From Azolla caroliniana (Eukaryota; Plantae; Polypodiophyta): a stretch of DNA of 64,000 nucleotides. The translations under genes and the position numbers were made by a program. Shown piece after piece: positions 36,416 through 49,423 of this stretch (positions are counted from its first letter, which is position 1; every line of letters starts with the position of its first letter). The notes under the pieces were generated by a model. It saw nothing but the letters and a program-made list of their open reading frames with translations. It was not told the origin of the DNA and did not search any database. Where the stretch lies: assembly GCA_043228905.1 (NCBI GenBank), contig JBHGNT010000018.1:7192001-7256000 (forward strand), given 5' to 3'.

Positions 36416-36780
36416 ACTGTCAGGAGTAGTACTAAGATAGAGAAGTATTGTTAGGAACAGTACTAAAACAGAGAAGGAATTAGTACTAAAAGATGAGGAT
36501 TAGTACTAAGGGAGGTGTAGAACTCTCGAGAGAAGGAGAGTGAGAGAGAGAGAGAGAATGAGGATAACAAAAGATATATATTATGTTAAGGGAATATACA
36601 ATAGTAGCTCGGAGGCTTAAGACTGGCGTTGAACCGATTTGGTTCGAAATAATGCCTTGTGCCTCCTTTTATAGTGTTTTCAGGAGTAATCCTGAAGTTT
36701 CTAGAATGTTCTAGAGAAATCTAGAATATACATCAATTTTCTATAGTAAAACCTAAAAGAAAATAATAACCTTCGTATTA

Positions 36781-36850
36781 CAACATATAGTCTAATGGTC
36801 AAGAGATTGACCCATGTAACATAACGTCATGGGTTCGAGTCTTGCTATAT
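36781..36850 (+). promoter_or_regulatory. tRNA-like Pol III A/B-box cassette in U3 of LTR G, antisense to the element
   Basis: TAGTCTAATGG (36788-36798), 33 nt, GGTTCGAGTC (36832-36841). Confidence 0.65.
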
Positions 36851-36963
36851 CATGACACTTCAAAGCTTTCCGACTCCCCCTCGTCGGTGAGCCATCTGGA
36901 AATCTCTAGGGGGGCCTTTCTCTCCCTAAGGGGATATCTTCGTCGTTGGTCTTCAGCCATCAG

Positions 36964-39900
36964 TGTTAGGAAACAGGTCCCTCCGGATGAGGAAGACCCG
37001 GTGAGAAGTGCTCACCGGATGAAGGGACATATTCGTAAATATGTTTCCTGAGAGGCCATCGGGGCTATATTTGTAAATAGCCAAAAAGTCATATTAGTAT
37101 AAATATGACTTAGGGCAAACTTAGTATAACAGGTCTGTTGTCATTCTTGTTGGCGAAAGATTAGAGCGCGTAACAGTGTACAGAGAGAGAGAAGAAGAGG
37201 TCGTTGCCTTTGTTGTAACCGCCGCCTGTGGCGAAGATAGCAAGCTCGAGGTCGTTGCCTCGGTGCTCTACTATTGTACATTCTGATATAGTGATAGTTT
37301 GTAGTCTGTGGGCTGCCGTGGGTTTTTTCCTAGTTTGGGTTTTCCACGTTAACACCTTGTGTACTCTTCTCTCCATTGTGTTGTGCTTTCATTCCCCGTT
37401 TTCTGTGTTTTATTCTAGGCAGATTAGTGTACGTAATAGTGTACAGAGAGAGAGAGAGAGAGAGAAGAAGAGGTCGTTGCCTCTGTTGTAACCGTCGCCT
37501 GTGGCGAAGATAGCAAGCTCGAGGTCGTTGCCTCGGTGCTCTACTATTTTACATTCTGATATAGTGATAGTTTGCAGTCTGTGGCGCCGTGGTTTTTTTC
37601 CCTAGTTTGGGTTTTCCATGTTAACACCCTGTGTACTCTTCTCTCCATTGTGTTGTGCTTTCATTCCCTGTTTTCTGTGTTTTATTCTAGGCTCGGTTGT
37701 GGCCGAGCGTTGTTCATCCGGAGCGTGTGTTCCTGTCAAAGTGGTATCAGAGCGAAACGACACAGAAAATGGACGAATCGTTGGGAGGTATGTTCAAGCT
37801 CACCGGCTCCAACTATTCCGTGTGGAAGTCGAAGATGAGGGACATGCTCGTGGTTAAAGATCTTTGGTTGCCGGTTCAGTTCGGGGACAAGAGACCAGAC
37901 AAAATCGACGCCACGATATGGGAGGTGATGCACATGAAGACAATGGCCTACATACGGTGTTTCATCGACATGAGCCTATACAACAACTTTAATGAAGAGA
38001 GCAAGGCTCATGAGCTCTGGGAGAAGATCGACATCATGTTTCAGAACAAAAATGCTGTCAATCAGGTTTCGGTATTTCAGAAGCTAGTAAGACTCCGGTA
38101 CCAAGATGGCTCCAACATGGCGGAGCACATGAATGCCTTCCAGGGGCTGATCCACCAGGCAACATCATTGGAAGTACTTGCCGATGAGGTACTAGCACTA
38201 CTCCTGCTCGGTTCCCTCCGAGATAGTTGGGAGACGTTAGTTGTCACCTTGGGCAACGCCGGGCCGGAAGGGAAACGGTTATCCCTAGCAAGAGTGAAGT
38301 CGAGCTTGCTAGATGAGGAAGCGCGTCAGAAAGATAAGGATACGAGCTCCGACACCAAAGCGCTCCTTACCGAATCGGAACTCTGAAGACAAAGGAACCG
38401 TAGTCCCCAGAACCGTGAGAAGTCGGGGACACGGTCAAAGTCAAGGGGGAGGTCTACCTGCTTCTATTGCGGCAAGCCGGGACACTTCCAGAAGAACTGT
38501 CGGCACTTCCGAAAAGACAAGGAAACCGACGGTACCGATTCGAAGCGGACACCCGACCGGAACGGTAAAAAGACCGGAGGGGGCCGGACCGTAAGGGAAC
38601 GACGGCAATCGCGGCAAGTGAAGAAGAGTTGATGCTCATCACCGAGGAGAGTGAGCTAAACCTTGCCGACGACGAGATGACCTGGGTGGTCGACTCCGGA
38701 GCGTTGTTCCACCTTACCCCGGACCGGAAATGCTTCTCATCCTACTCAGCCGATGATCACGGCTGTGTCCGGATGGGGAATGAAGGTACATGCCGAATTG
38801 TTGGCATAGGAGACCTGTGGTTGACAACACCAACCGGATGCAAGATGCTGCTGAAGGATGTCCGACATGTTCCGAAGGTTCGTCTGAACCTGATATCAGC
38901 CGGTCGGCTAGATGATGAAGGCTACACGGGTAGTATCTGGAACGGTGTTATGAAGTTCAGCAAAGGGAACCTGATTGTGGCTCGGGCCCGGAAGGTAAAC
39001 ACGCTGTACCTGATGAATTCCCGGTTATGCCCGGAGGAAGTGAACGTGGCATCCGACACTGCCAGTGAGCTGTGGCACAAAAGGCTATGTCACATGAGCG
39101 AGAAGGGGATGAAGAGGCTTGCAGACGACAACCTCATTCTAGTGAAGAACGTGCACTTGGAGAAGTGCACTGATTGTTTGGCCGGTAAGCAAAACCGGAC
39201 CTCCTTCCGAACAAGGCCACTGATGAGACGTAATGCACCACTGGAGTTGGTGCATACTGATGTGTGTCATGTGGACACGAAGTCACATGCAGGATCGCAG
39301 TACTTCGTGACGTTCATAGATGACCATAGCCGGAAGTTGTGGGCCACACCGTTGAAGATGAAGGATCAGTTGTTATCCGTCTTCAAAGAGCTTCAGGCGA
39401 GAGTGGAAAGAGAAACCGGCCGGAAGCTGAAGGCGGTTCGAGCAGATAACAGAGGTGAATACCGGGGGCAGTTCGAGGAGTAATGTTGCTCGAAGGGAAT
39501 CCGGCTCGAATTTACCGTGCCGAAGACGCTGGAACTGAACAGGCTGGCTGAGAGGATGAACCAAACCATATTGGAGAGGGTCCGGAGTATGCTGGCGCAT
39601 GAAAAACTACCCAAGAAGTTTTGGGCTGAGGCACTGTCGACGACGACATATGTGATAAACATATCACCCTTAGTACCCTTGGACGGAGACACGCTACAGA
39701 GAGTCTGGACCGGTAAGGAAGTGTCCTACCGGCATCTGAAGGTATTCGGGTGTCTTGCGTATGTGCATGTAGCTAAGGACCGGAGAGGAAAACTAGATCC
39801 GAAGACCCGGCCATGCATATTCCTCAGTTACGGCGACGATGAGTTCGGCTATCGAGTGTGGGACTTGGTCGACAAGATGGTATTCCGGAGTCGAGATATT

Positions 39901-42076
39901 ATCTTCATGGAGGACAAGACGCTCGCTGACTGGGAGTCGGAGAAGAAGATAATGAACTCCGAGTCGACCGATAAGGATCGATTCTACGATGAGCAGACCC
40001 AACCGGCAAGAGACCGGTTAGCACGCGAGGAACCCGCCGGTTACGGTGAGGATATTGAACCGACAGAAGAAGAAGTAGAGGAAGCTGAAACCAGAACCGG
40101 CCAAGACCCCGAATCGGATTCAGATGAAGAGCAAATGGAGGAGCCGGTTATCGAAGCCCAAAGACGGAGATATCCTCTCAGAGAGAGAAGGGGCCCTCGG
40201 AGATTTCCAGATGCAGAGCATGTGCTGCTAACCGATGAGGGGGAGCCAGAAAGCTTCGAAGAAGCGAAGGATGACACCCAAAGCCGCAAATGGTTAAGTG
40301 CCATGCAGGATGAGATGGATTCCCTGCATGAGAACCATACATACGAATTGGTGGAGTTGCAGAAAGGAAAGCGGGCACTCCGAAATAAGTGGGTGTACAA
40401 GTTGAAACCGGGAGATGTCGGCAACCCCCTGAGATACAAAGCCAAGATCGTGGTGAAGGGGTTCTAGCAGAAGAAGGGCGTGGACTTCGACGAGATATTT
40501 GCCCCGGTAGTAAAGATGACCTCCATCCGGACGGTGCTGAGTATAGCGGCAAGCATGGACCTCGAGGTAGAGCAGCTAGACATGAAGACGACATTCCTTC
40601 ACGGTGACCTCGAAGAGGAGATCTACATGCAGCAACCGGAAGGATTCGTGGAGAAAGGGAAGGAGCAACTGGTTTGCCGGTTGAAGAAGAGCCTGTACGG
40701 ACTGAAGTAGGCTCCCCGACAATGGTACCGGAAGTTCGACTCCTTCATGACCGATCAAGGGTACCACAAGACGCAGGCCGATCACTGCGTGTTTGTGAAG
40801 AAGTTCGAAGGAGGTGACTTCCTGATACTCCTTCTGTATGTGGACGACATGTTGATCGTCGGACGGGACCAAGCAAAAATACGGATGCTGAAGAAGGCTC
40901 TCAACCGGACCTTCTCAACGAAAGATTTGGGTCCGGCAAGACAGATGCTGGGGATGCATATCATTCGGAACCGACCAACAAAGCAATTGTGGCTGTCATA
41001 GGAGAAGTACGTGATAAAGGTGCTTCAGCGGTTCAACATGTTAGGAGCGAAACCGGTCGGATCGACGCTCCCGACAAACTGCAGATTGTTCGGTAAGCAA
41101 AGCCCGAAGATGAAAGCAGAGAAGGATGATATGATGAAGGTTGCATATGCCTCTGCCGTCGGGAGCTTAATGTACGCAATGGTGTGTACCCGACCGGATA
41201 TAGGATACGCAGTCGGAGTGGTGAGCCGGTTTATGAGCAATCCCGGCAAGGAGCACTGGAACGCGGTCAAATGGATACTCCGATACTTGAAGGGCACTGC
41301 GAACATGTGTCTCTGATTCGGCTCCGGTAAACCTCAACTTGATGGTTTTACCGATTTGGACATGTCGGCTGATGTGGATACCGGCCGGTCTACATCCGGG
41401 TATGTAATGACATATGCAGGGGGAGCTGTTTCGTGGTAGTCGAGGCTGCAGAAGACGGTTGCGTTGTCAACCACAAAAGCGGAGTACATGGCGGCTGTGG
41501 AAGCCGGCAAGGAAATATTATGGATGAAGGACTTCATCGGAGAGCTCGGTATCCGGCAAGATGAATACCGGCTCTATTGTGACAGTCAAAGTGCCATCCA
41601 CCTTGCTAAGAACGCAGCGTACCACTCCAGGATGAAGCACAACCAGCGTAGGTATCACTGGATCCGAAAGCGAGTAGTAGATCGAGAGTCGTGCTAACGA
41701 AGATCCACACGGCCGAGAATGGGTCAGATATGCTGACCAAAGTACTGGTACCCGACAAGCTGGATGCATGTCGGAAGCGGACCGGACTAGTAAGTAATCC
41801 CATGTCGGAGTGAAGGGGGAGTTTGTTAGGAAACAGGTCCCTCCGGATGGGAAGTGAGAACCGGATGAGGAGTACCCGGCTACGGAAGACCCGGTGAGAA
41901 GTGCTCACCGGATGAAGGGACATATTCGTAAATATGGTTCCTGAGAGGCCATCGGGGCTATATTTGTAAATAGCTGAAAATTCATATTAGTATAAATATG
42001 ACTTAGGGCAAACTTAGTATAACAGGTCTGTTGTCATTCTTGTTGGCGAAAAAGATTAGTGTGCGTAACAGTGTAC

Positions 42077-42118
<42 letters not shown>

Positions 42119-42390
42119 AGAGGTCGTTGCCTCTGTTGTAACCGCCGCCTGTGGCGAAGATAGCAAGCTCGAGGTCGTTGCTTCGGTGCTCTACTATTGT
42201 ACATTCTGATATAATGATAGTTTGCAGTCTGTGGGCTGCTGTGGTTTTTTTCCCTAGTTTGGGTTTTCCACGTTAACACCTTGTGTACTCTTCTCTCCAT
42301 TGTGTTGTGCTTTCATTCCCCGTTTTCTGTGTTTTATTCTAGGCTCGGTTGTGGTCGAGCATTGTTCATCCGGAGCGTGTGTTCCTGTCA
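36964..42390 (+). mobile_element. Element H: full-length Tnt1/Tork-like Copia, close relative of its host E, inserted antisense
   Basis: LTRs 36964-37738 and 41824-42390, TSD atcag/atcgg, PBS TGGTATCAGAGC 37742-37753, PPT GAAGGGGGAG. Confidence 0.94.
37769..41812 (+). pseudogene. Copia H gag-pol
   Basis: CFYCGKPGHFQKNC, WVVDSGA, VHTDVC, YVDD, YCDSQSAIHL motifs; in-frame stops and frameshifts. Confidence 0.92.
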
Positions 42391-43765
42391 ATCGGTTACT
42401 CCGTTTGTTCTTCATCCGAATGCGATTAGGGGTTTTGTTCGGTTCCGGTATTCAATTCTTCTTCGGTCGGTTCGGGTCTTTGTCCGAATCCATCCGGTTC
42501 ATCATGGTCCCCGTCTGATATCTGGCTTCCGACTGGATGTGTCCTAGCATCTTCCACCCGATCTATGTCTTCGGCACGATGAATTCGAGCCGGATTCCCT
42601 TCGACCAACAGTATTCCTTGAATTGCCCTTGATATTCTCCTCCATTTTTTGCTCAAACCGCCTTCAGCTTCCGACCGGTTTCTCTTTTCACTCTTGCATG
42701 GAACTCCTTGAAGATGGATAACACTTGGTCCTTCGTCTTCAGCAGTGAGACCCATAGCTTCCGGCTGTGGTCGTTTGTGAACATCACGACGTACTGCGAT
42801 CTAGCATGTGACTTCGTGTCCACTTGGGATACATTGGTATGCACAAGTTCCAATGGTCCATTCCATTTTGACGATGGGCTCGACCGGAAAGAGATTCGGT
42901 TCTGCTTTCCGGCCAAGCAATTGGTGCACTTCTCAAGATGCATGTCTTTCACCTCCGGTATGAGGTTATCTTCGGAAAGTCTTCTCATCCCTTTCTGGCT
43001 CATGTGGCACAACCTCTTGTGCCACAGCTCACCGGCATTTTTTGATGCCATGTTCACTTCCTCCCGACAGATCCGGGCATGCATCAAGAACAATGTGTTG
43101 ATCTTTCGGGCTTGGGCTACAATCAAGCTTCCTTTATTGAACTTCATGACTATGTTCCGGATGCTACCCATGTAGCCTTCATCATCTAGCTAACCATCTG
43201 ATATCATGTTCAACCGAACCTCCAGAACGTGTCAGACATCCTTCAACAACTTGCACCTGTTTGATGTCGTCAACCATACATCTCCAATGCCGACAATTCG
43301 GCATGCACCTTCCTTTCCCATCCGGACACAACCATGATCTTCGGCTCTGTACGATGAGAAGCATTTCTGATCGGGGGTAAGATGGAACGACGCTCCGGAG
43401 TCAACCACCCATGTCGTTTCGTCGCTAACAAGATGCAACTCACTCTCCTTGGTGATTAGCAGCAGTTCTTGTTCACTTGTCGCGATCCTCAACGTTCCTC
43501 TCCTTTCCGAAATCTTCTTTGGTTCAGGAATGTCAGCTCCCCCTTAGGTTTTCCGGAAGTGTTGGCAATTCTTCTGGAAGTGCCCTACCTTTCCACAATA
43601 AAAGCATGTGGGCCTCTCCCTTGACTTCGACCTCGTCCCCGATTTGTCCCGGTTTTGAGGACTCCGAATCCGTCCTCTTTCCCAGTTATGGTCATCTTCC
43701 GTGACCAAGGCTTTCAGATCGGTTTCGAACTCCCGGTCCTTCCGGCGAGCTTCTTCATCCAGCAA
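42391..43765 (-). pseudogene. Copia E zinc knuckle, protease, integrase (C-terminal part deleted)
   Basis: CFYCGKVGHFQKNC, WVVDSGAS, LWHKRLCHMS motifs; colinear with H. Confidence 0.88.
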
Positions 43766-44834
43766 TGTTAGAGACATGAACTAATGTAAGCATTAGATAA
43801 GGATAGAATATAGATAGATAGAAAGAAAGGAGAGAGAGAAAGAAGGGTGTTGATCCACCCGACCACCCCCGAGCGAAGGGATCGAGACGGACTTGAGCCT
43901 TGATCGGCGTCCCATACCACCGCCGTGGCGTCAAGTCGTACCTGGTGCTGGTGCACTGACTACAAGAGTTGACCCACCACAAGACAGAGTCTCGACGTAG
44001 TCAACCCGATGATCAAATGAGGGTAGCTAGGCCTCTTATTTATAGCGATACCCAAGGCCCCTAGGCAAGTTCACACTTGGCCTAATGGGTTATCTCAATC
44101 CCGAGGATTAAAAGTAATCCTCTCCTTCTTTACACTCTCGTTTAACCCTCACACTTATCCACGTGTATAGAATACTACGGTAAATTCTTACCACGGGATA
44201 TTATATGGTCATGCCCGTAACATACTCCCTCTCTTTAAAACATTTCACTCTTGCAATGGAAAGTTAGGGAAGTTAGTCTTGAGTGAATTTTCGCATTCCC
44301 ATGTGGCATCTTTTATTGATTTATCCATCCATTTTATTTTAAATTCTCGGATTTCTTTTGTATGTTATTTTTTTGTTTTAACATCAAGAATTCTTTTTGG
44401 TACATGTGGTTTAGAAGATAATTCTTCAGAAGTAACCAGAGTTTCAGTTGTAACTGTATTGTCGCCGAAACCTATAAATTCTTTTAGACGACTCACATGA
44501 AAAATTGGATGAATTTCAACGCCATCGGGAAGAGCGAGACGATAGGCTGATGACCCAATGCGTTTGAGGACTGTAAAAGGTCCACAAAACCGTGGGGCTA
44601 ACTTAGCGCACTTACCCTTAGACAATGTCTTAGAATTGTGAGGTACACGTAAAAATACCTTCTGTCTAGGGTGGAATGCACGAGGTTGCCTATGATGATC
44701 GGCATAAAAACGCGCTCTATCTTGAGCTGTTTTTATATTATCTTGTGCAATATGCAACATACCTTGCATATCTCGAAGAAAGTTTTGCGTACTTCGCAAC
44801 TCATCATGATGTATATTAACATCAATCAGGGCTC

Positions 44835-45264
44835 TGTCATGATATGGCAAGACTCGAACCCATGACCTTATGCTACATGGGTCGAGCTCTTGACCATTAG
44901 ATTATACATTGTAATACGTAGAATATTATTTTCATTTATATTTTATTACAGAAAATTAATGTATATTCCAGATTTCTCTGGAACATTCTAGAAACTTCAG
45001 GAGTATTCCTTAGAACACTATGAAAGGAGGCACAAGGCATTATTTCGAACCAAATCGGTTCAACGCCAGTCTTAAGCCTCCTAGCTATTGTACATTTTCT
45101 TCACATAATATATATCTTTTCTTATCATCACTCTCTCTCTCTCTCGATCTCTCTCTCCCTCCCTCTCACTCACTCTTTCCTTCTCTCGAGAGTTCTTCAC
45201 CTCTCTTAGTACTAATACTTCTTTTAGTACTAAGTCCTTCTCTGTCTTAGTACTGTTCCTGACA
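44835..45264 (+). mobile_element. Solo LTR of the G family (430 bp)
   Basis: TGTCA...TGACA, perfect TSD GGCTC, reverse-complement homologue of 36418-36857. Confidence 0.93.
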
Positions 45265-46760
45265 GGCTCGTGGCTGAAAACCATACATCAACATAAAAGG
45301 ACTATATCCTATCAACGTATGCTTGGAGCTATGGAGATGTTATAAGCAAGCTCCACAATTGGGAGATAACGTTCCCATTTTGTTGGTTTTGCACCAACGT
45401 ATGCTCGAAGCATGTCCTCAATAATTTGATTTACTCATTCTGTCTGTCCATCGGATTGAGGATGACTTCTTAAAGACTTGCATCCAGAAGTCACTAGTAA
45501 ACTTTGGATCTCGATCACTCACGATATCCATCGGTAACCCATAAAAATGAAATAACTCGTCAACGAAGTGGTAAGCCAATTCAGGAGTTGTTACCGTGGT
45601 TTTAGTAGCAATAAATCTGGCCATTTTAGTTAGTCTATCAACCACAACCCAGATGGCATCATGGCCTTTTTGGGTGCGAGGAAGGCGAACAATAAAATCC
45701 ATAGATATACTTTCCCACTTATTATTGGGAATGTCCAAGGGATGTAAAAGTCTTGCAGTTTTAAGTTGCTCGGCTTTGTTAACTTGACATTGGTGACATT
45801 TAGTCACATAGCTATGAATGTTGGGGCGCATCTTAGGCTAATAGAATTGAGTGGAGATGAGAACGAGTGTACGATGTATTCCAGGGTGCCCTGTTGAGGG
45901 TGCATCATGGCATTCAAAAGAATTTTCTTTTTGACCTCAAGCAAATTTGGAACACAAACCTTCCCATTACAGTAGAGCAGACCGTTAGCAATGTGGAAGT
46001 ATTCCTTCGAGGATGTGGTGGTGTTTGTTCCAGACTCAACTCTTGCCCAATATTTTGCAAAATAACTATCATTAGGATACTTTCCTCGAAGGTGATCATA
46101 AAGATCTGATGATATTTTAGTGAAGCTAAGCATGTTAACTTCACGGATGCGACTTAGTGCATCAGCGACAGTGTTCATGGAACCTTTACGATATCGTATG
46201 GAAAAATCAAAGTCCTGGATGAGATCAACCCATCGTGTCTTACGACCTTTCAGGTCATGTTGGTCACAAAAATATTTCAAAGACTCGTGGTCCGTAGTTA
46301 CCACAAAACGATTTCCATAAAGATAATGGCGCCATGTTTTGAGCGCATGTATAGCTGCAAATAATTTCTTTTCTTGAACGGTATACCGACATTGAGCAGA
46401 ATCAAGTTTCTTACTCTCGAATGCTATTGGTTTACCATCTTGATATAATACAACACCTATAGCATAATCGCTTGCATCGGTTTCAACCTCAAAAGGTTTT
46501 GAAGGATCAAGTAAAAGAAGTGAAGGAGCCTTGCACACCAGGTCCTTGAGTTCCTTAAAAGCGAGGTCTAGTGTAGCATTCCAGACAATAGGTTTTGTAG
46601 ACTTACGCGTTTGACCTTTTAGAAGATCAGTAAACAACGATGTCGTGACGATTTTCGGCTACGGTGTGAAATCGAGTGAGACGAATAAACCAAGGATGTG
46701 CAACATTGCACATGCACTTAGCAAATAAACCTAGCCTAGTGGCACTTGAGTTCATACAGA

Positions 46761-46833
46761 GGGGTGCAAGCAAGGATTGAACCTTGCACCTCTAAGATAC
46801 AAGATAATCGCCTTACCACTAGGACAACTATCA
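46761..46833 (-). promoter_or_regulatory. tRNA-like Pol III A/B-box cassette in U3 of LTR B, antisense (second copy near 49634-49706)
   Basis: Minus strand TGTCCTAGTGG (46826-46816), 32 nt, GGTTCAATCC (46783-46774). Confidence 0.6.
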
Positions 46834-47326
46834 TATAATGTAGATTTTATGTATTTCCTTTTCATATACAAATTATAGACGAAACAACTATAGAAAACCA
46901 TGTGCACAAAACCATGGTTTTAAACCCATGGTTTGTGCATGACATAAGCAAAACTGTGTGCACAAAACCATGGTTTTAGCCCATGGTTTTGTGCATGTCA
47001 CGAGCATGGAAAGACCTATAAAAGCCTCTAGTTGGGCTTGTGTAAGGGGGGCTCAATATGTGATATCACCAACACCATTATCATCAATATAATTATATTT
47101 GTCTTTATCTTCTTCTTATTTTTCTACTTCTCAAGTGTACAATCTTTCTTCTTCTCAAGTAAACCAATTTCATCTAATCTTACATTGATCGTCATCTCTT
47201 CGATAATTCCGCGAACATCCTCCCCAGTCCAAGACCCCGGTGGTCGCTCGAGTAGCACACGCACGCGCGAATCTTCGCGACATCATTTGGTGAACCCGAC
47301 GTGAAGAGCAGTAGGGGAGGACAAAG

Positions 47327-49423
47327 ATGGATGGCGAATATCTCATGGAGGCAATGTCAAGAAGGATGATGGAGTTTCTGAGAGAAGAGAAAAGAAGAAA
47401 TGAAGCCCAACAAGCCGTCGACAAAGTAGTCGAACGAATGAGCTATTTCAACGGCGCCGAAGTCCAAAGTTTCCTAAAAGTCTACAATGCGGAGATGGAT
47501 TCAAGAGGTGTGGACAAAGCTATGAGGCTAGAGTACTTTTGTCGGGTGGTGTCTCAACCGATCTTCAAAGATGTAAAAGAGCTTCTAGAAGCTCATGATT
47601 CGTGGGCGACTTTCGAGAAGGCTCTATTGGAGGAATATGACTATGAGAGACTAAAGGGACAAGATCGACGCAACTTCGACCAATGGGTGACATCAGCGAA
47701 GACCCACCAAGGTGCGACACAAGCATTCGTAGACTTCGAGCATCATTTTTCTCAATTGTCGGAGCGGGAACAAAGATTGGTGGGGGTCGATAAGGTCCTT
47801 ATGTTCGTGAAGTCAATCGATCGAATGGAAAGGATGGCGATCGGCCTCAAACTCGAAGAAGATGATGGTGCAAATGGCCTCATCGAGGATTGGAGCAAAG
47901 TGGAAAGTGTATGCCGACTACACGATAAGGGGCAAGCGAGAATATCGACGACAACAAGACGGCCCATGAGGGATGATCGAAGAGGGACGAGATGCAACAA
48001 CGCACCACCAACAAAAGAAATGAAGCTTAGAAGGGAGACAAAACCGAGGCGAATGGTGATCGAGGAAGAAGAGACCTCCCAACAAATGCGGGTTAATGAA
48101 GTGGCCGATACAAAGGCTCTGGTTCGGTATGATGGTACCGAGAGAGAAGGTGTGAAACAAGTCACCTTCTTGTCTTACAAAGAAACGACGGCGAAGGAGG
48201 AGGCCGATGACTCGATGACGGCGAACGCCACTTCGAGGGAGGATAAATGTTTCGGAACACGCATTGTGTACGAAACATCGGGTGATGACGGCGCAAGCAT
48301 GAGAAAAGCTTGCATGATCGAGGGAGAAAAAGTGTTTGAGTCTGAAGAAATTGAGGAGGTAGCCATGACAAACGACATCGAGTCGGAGGTGGCTATGGAT
48401 GAGTCGACGACGGATAGCCATGTCGATACTTTCTTCACGCTTGTTCCAGAGACTTCGGCGGTTGCGCCCATGTGCCAACGTGAGACCGGAGAGACGGAAG
48501 GTGGTGACGGGAAGACGAAGGCCCAACACAAGGAGGAAGAAGATCGAGGAAGAAAGGATATCCCCACACCTATTCTAGAGACTTCGGCGGTTGTGCACGT
48601 GCGCCAACGTGAGACCGGAGAGACGGAATGTGTGGACAAAAAAGAGGACGACCGGAAGGGCGATGAAGAAGACAAGGTAAATGTGCATGAGCGAAGGGAT
48701 TCCTTCACACCGGTTCCGGAGACTTCGGCAGTCGAGACCGTGTGTCGGCATAAGACCGAAGATAAAGGAGGTGGCGAAGAGGAGACAATATGGCTCGCGG
48801 CGAGCATACATGGAGGGAAGGATATGGCCGACGTGGAGGCAAGGGATGAAGCTGCGGTTGAGTTCGATGGAGAGGTTGCATGTGGGAAGGAAGGAAGAGT
48901 CGAGAACCGGTCGAACCGGAAGACGATCCGGCCGGGATTCCGACTCGAACGAAGGAAGATCCACATGGGAGCCCATCGACCGGGGCCGACCCGGCCGAAA
49001 CCTGATTCGGCGAAAATCGATCGGACGATTCCGATCCAAAAGGGGGCCGACCCAGCCAGAATCAATCGGTCGAGCCCGACTCGGGGAAATGTGAATGCAG
49101 ACGAAGGCCAACCAAGCCAAGAAGAGATCGGTGGAGACCTATCCGGACAAGGGCAAACCCGGCCTAATCGGAGATTGACACGAACGATCTACAATACCCA
49201 GTTGAAGACGGTGAGCGTGAGGAGTGGCCAGGAGTCCAATCGAAGGACACGCGCGGTGGACGAAGGAAGAGCGGTCGTATCGACGACATCGTTCGGTAGA
49301 TCTACTACAACCGATCGGGGAAGAAGGTGTGAGCGCCGGATATGGTGGATCGGGTGGCTACGGTGGTTCGGTTGGAAAGATTGCGCATACTCGAAGTGGA
49401 AGATGAAGTCGACGAGCGTGTAG
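47327..49423 (+). CDS. gag: Intact 698 aa Gag-like protein with repeat-rich extension and Trp-rich C-terminal motif
   Basis: Uninterrupted ATG-to-TAG ORF filling the internal region; N-terminal ~200 aa clearly homologous to ORF A. Confidence 0.8.
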   Translation: MDGEYLMEAMSRRMMEFLREEKRRNEAQQAVDKVVERMSYFNGAEVQSFLKVYNAEMDSRGVDKAMRLEYFCRVVSQPIFKDVKELLEAHDSWATFEKALLEEYDYERLKGQDRRNFDQWVTSAKTHQGATQAFVDFEHHFSQLSEREQRLVGVDKVLMFVKSIDRMERMAIGLKLEEDDGANGLIEDWSKVESVCRLHDKGQARISTTTRRPMRDDRRGTRCNNAPPTKEMKLRRETKPRRMVIEEEETSQQMRVNEVADTKALVRYDGTEREGVKQVTFLSYKETTAKEEADDSMTANATSREDKCFGTRIVYETSGDDGASMRKACMIEGEKVFESEEIEEVAMTNDIESEVAMDESTTDSHVDTFFTLVPETSAVAPMCQRETGETEGGDGKTKAQHKEEEDRGRKDIPTPILETSAVVHVRQRETGETECVDKKEDDRKGDEEDKVNVHERRDSFTPVPETSAVETVCRHKTEDKGGGEEETIWLAASIHGGKDMADVEARDEAAVEFDGEVACGKEGRVENRSNRKTIRPGFRLERRKIHMGAHRPGPTRPKPDSAKIDRTIPIQKGADPARINRSSPTRGNVNADEGQPSQEEIGGDLSGQGQTRPNRRLTRTIYNTQLKTVSVRSGQESNRRTRAVDEGRAVVSTTSFGRSTTTDRGRRCERRIWWIGWLRWFGWKDCAYSKWKMKSTSV

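Larger units (their letters stand above)
22213..36857 (-). mobile_element. Element G: Ty3/Gypsy chromovirus, self-priming (Tf1/Tcn1-type)
   Basis: 5' LTR 36418-36857, 3' LTR 22213-~22625 (U3 start and PPT deleted), TSD cttcg/cttca, Gag-PR-RT-RH-INT-chromodomain order. Confidence 0.9.
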
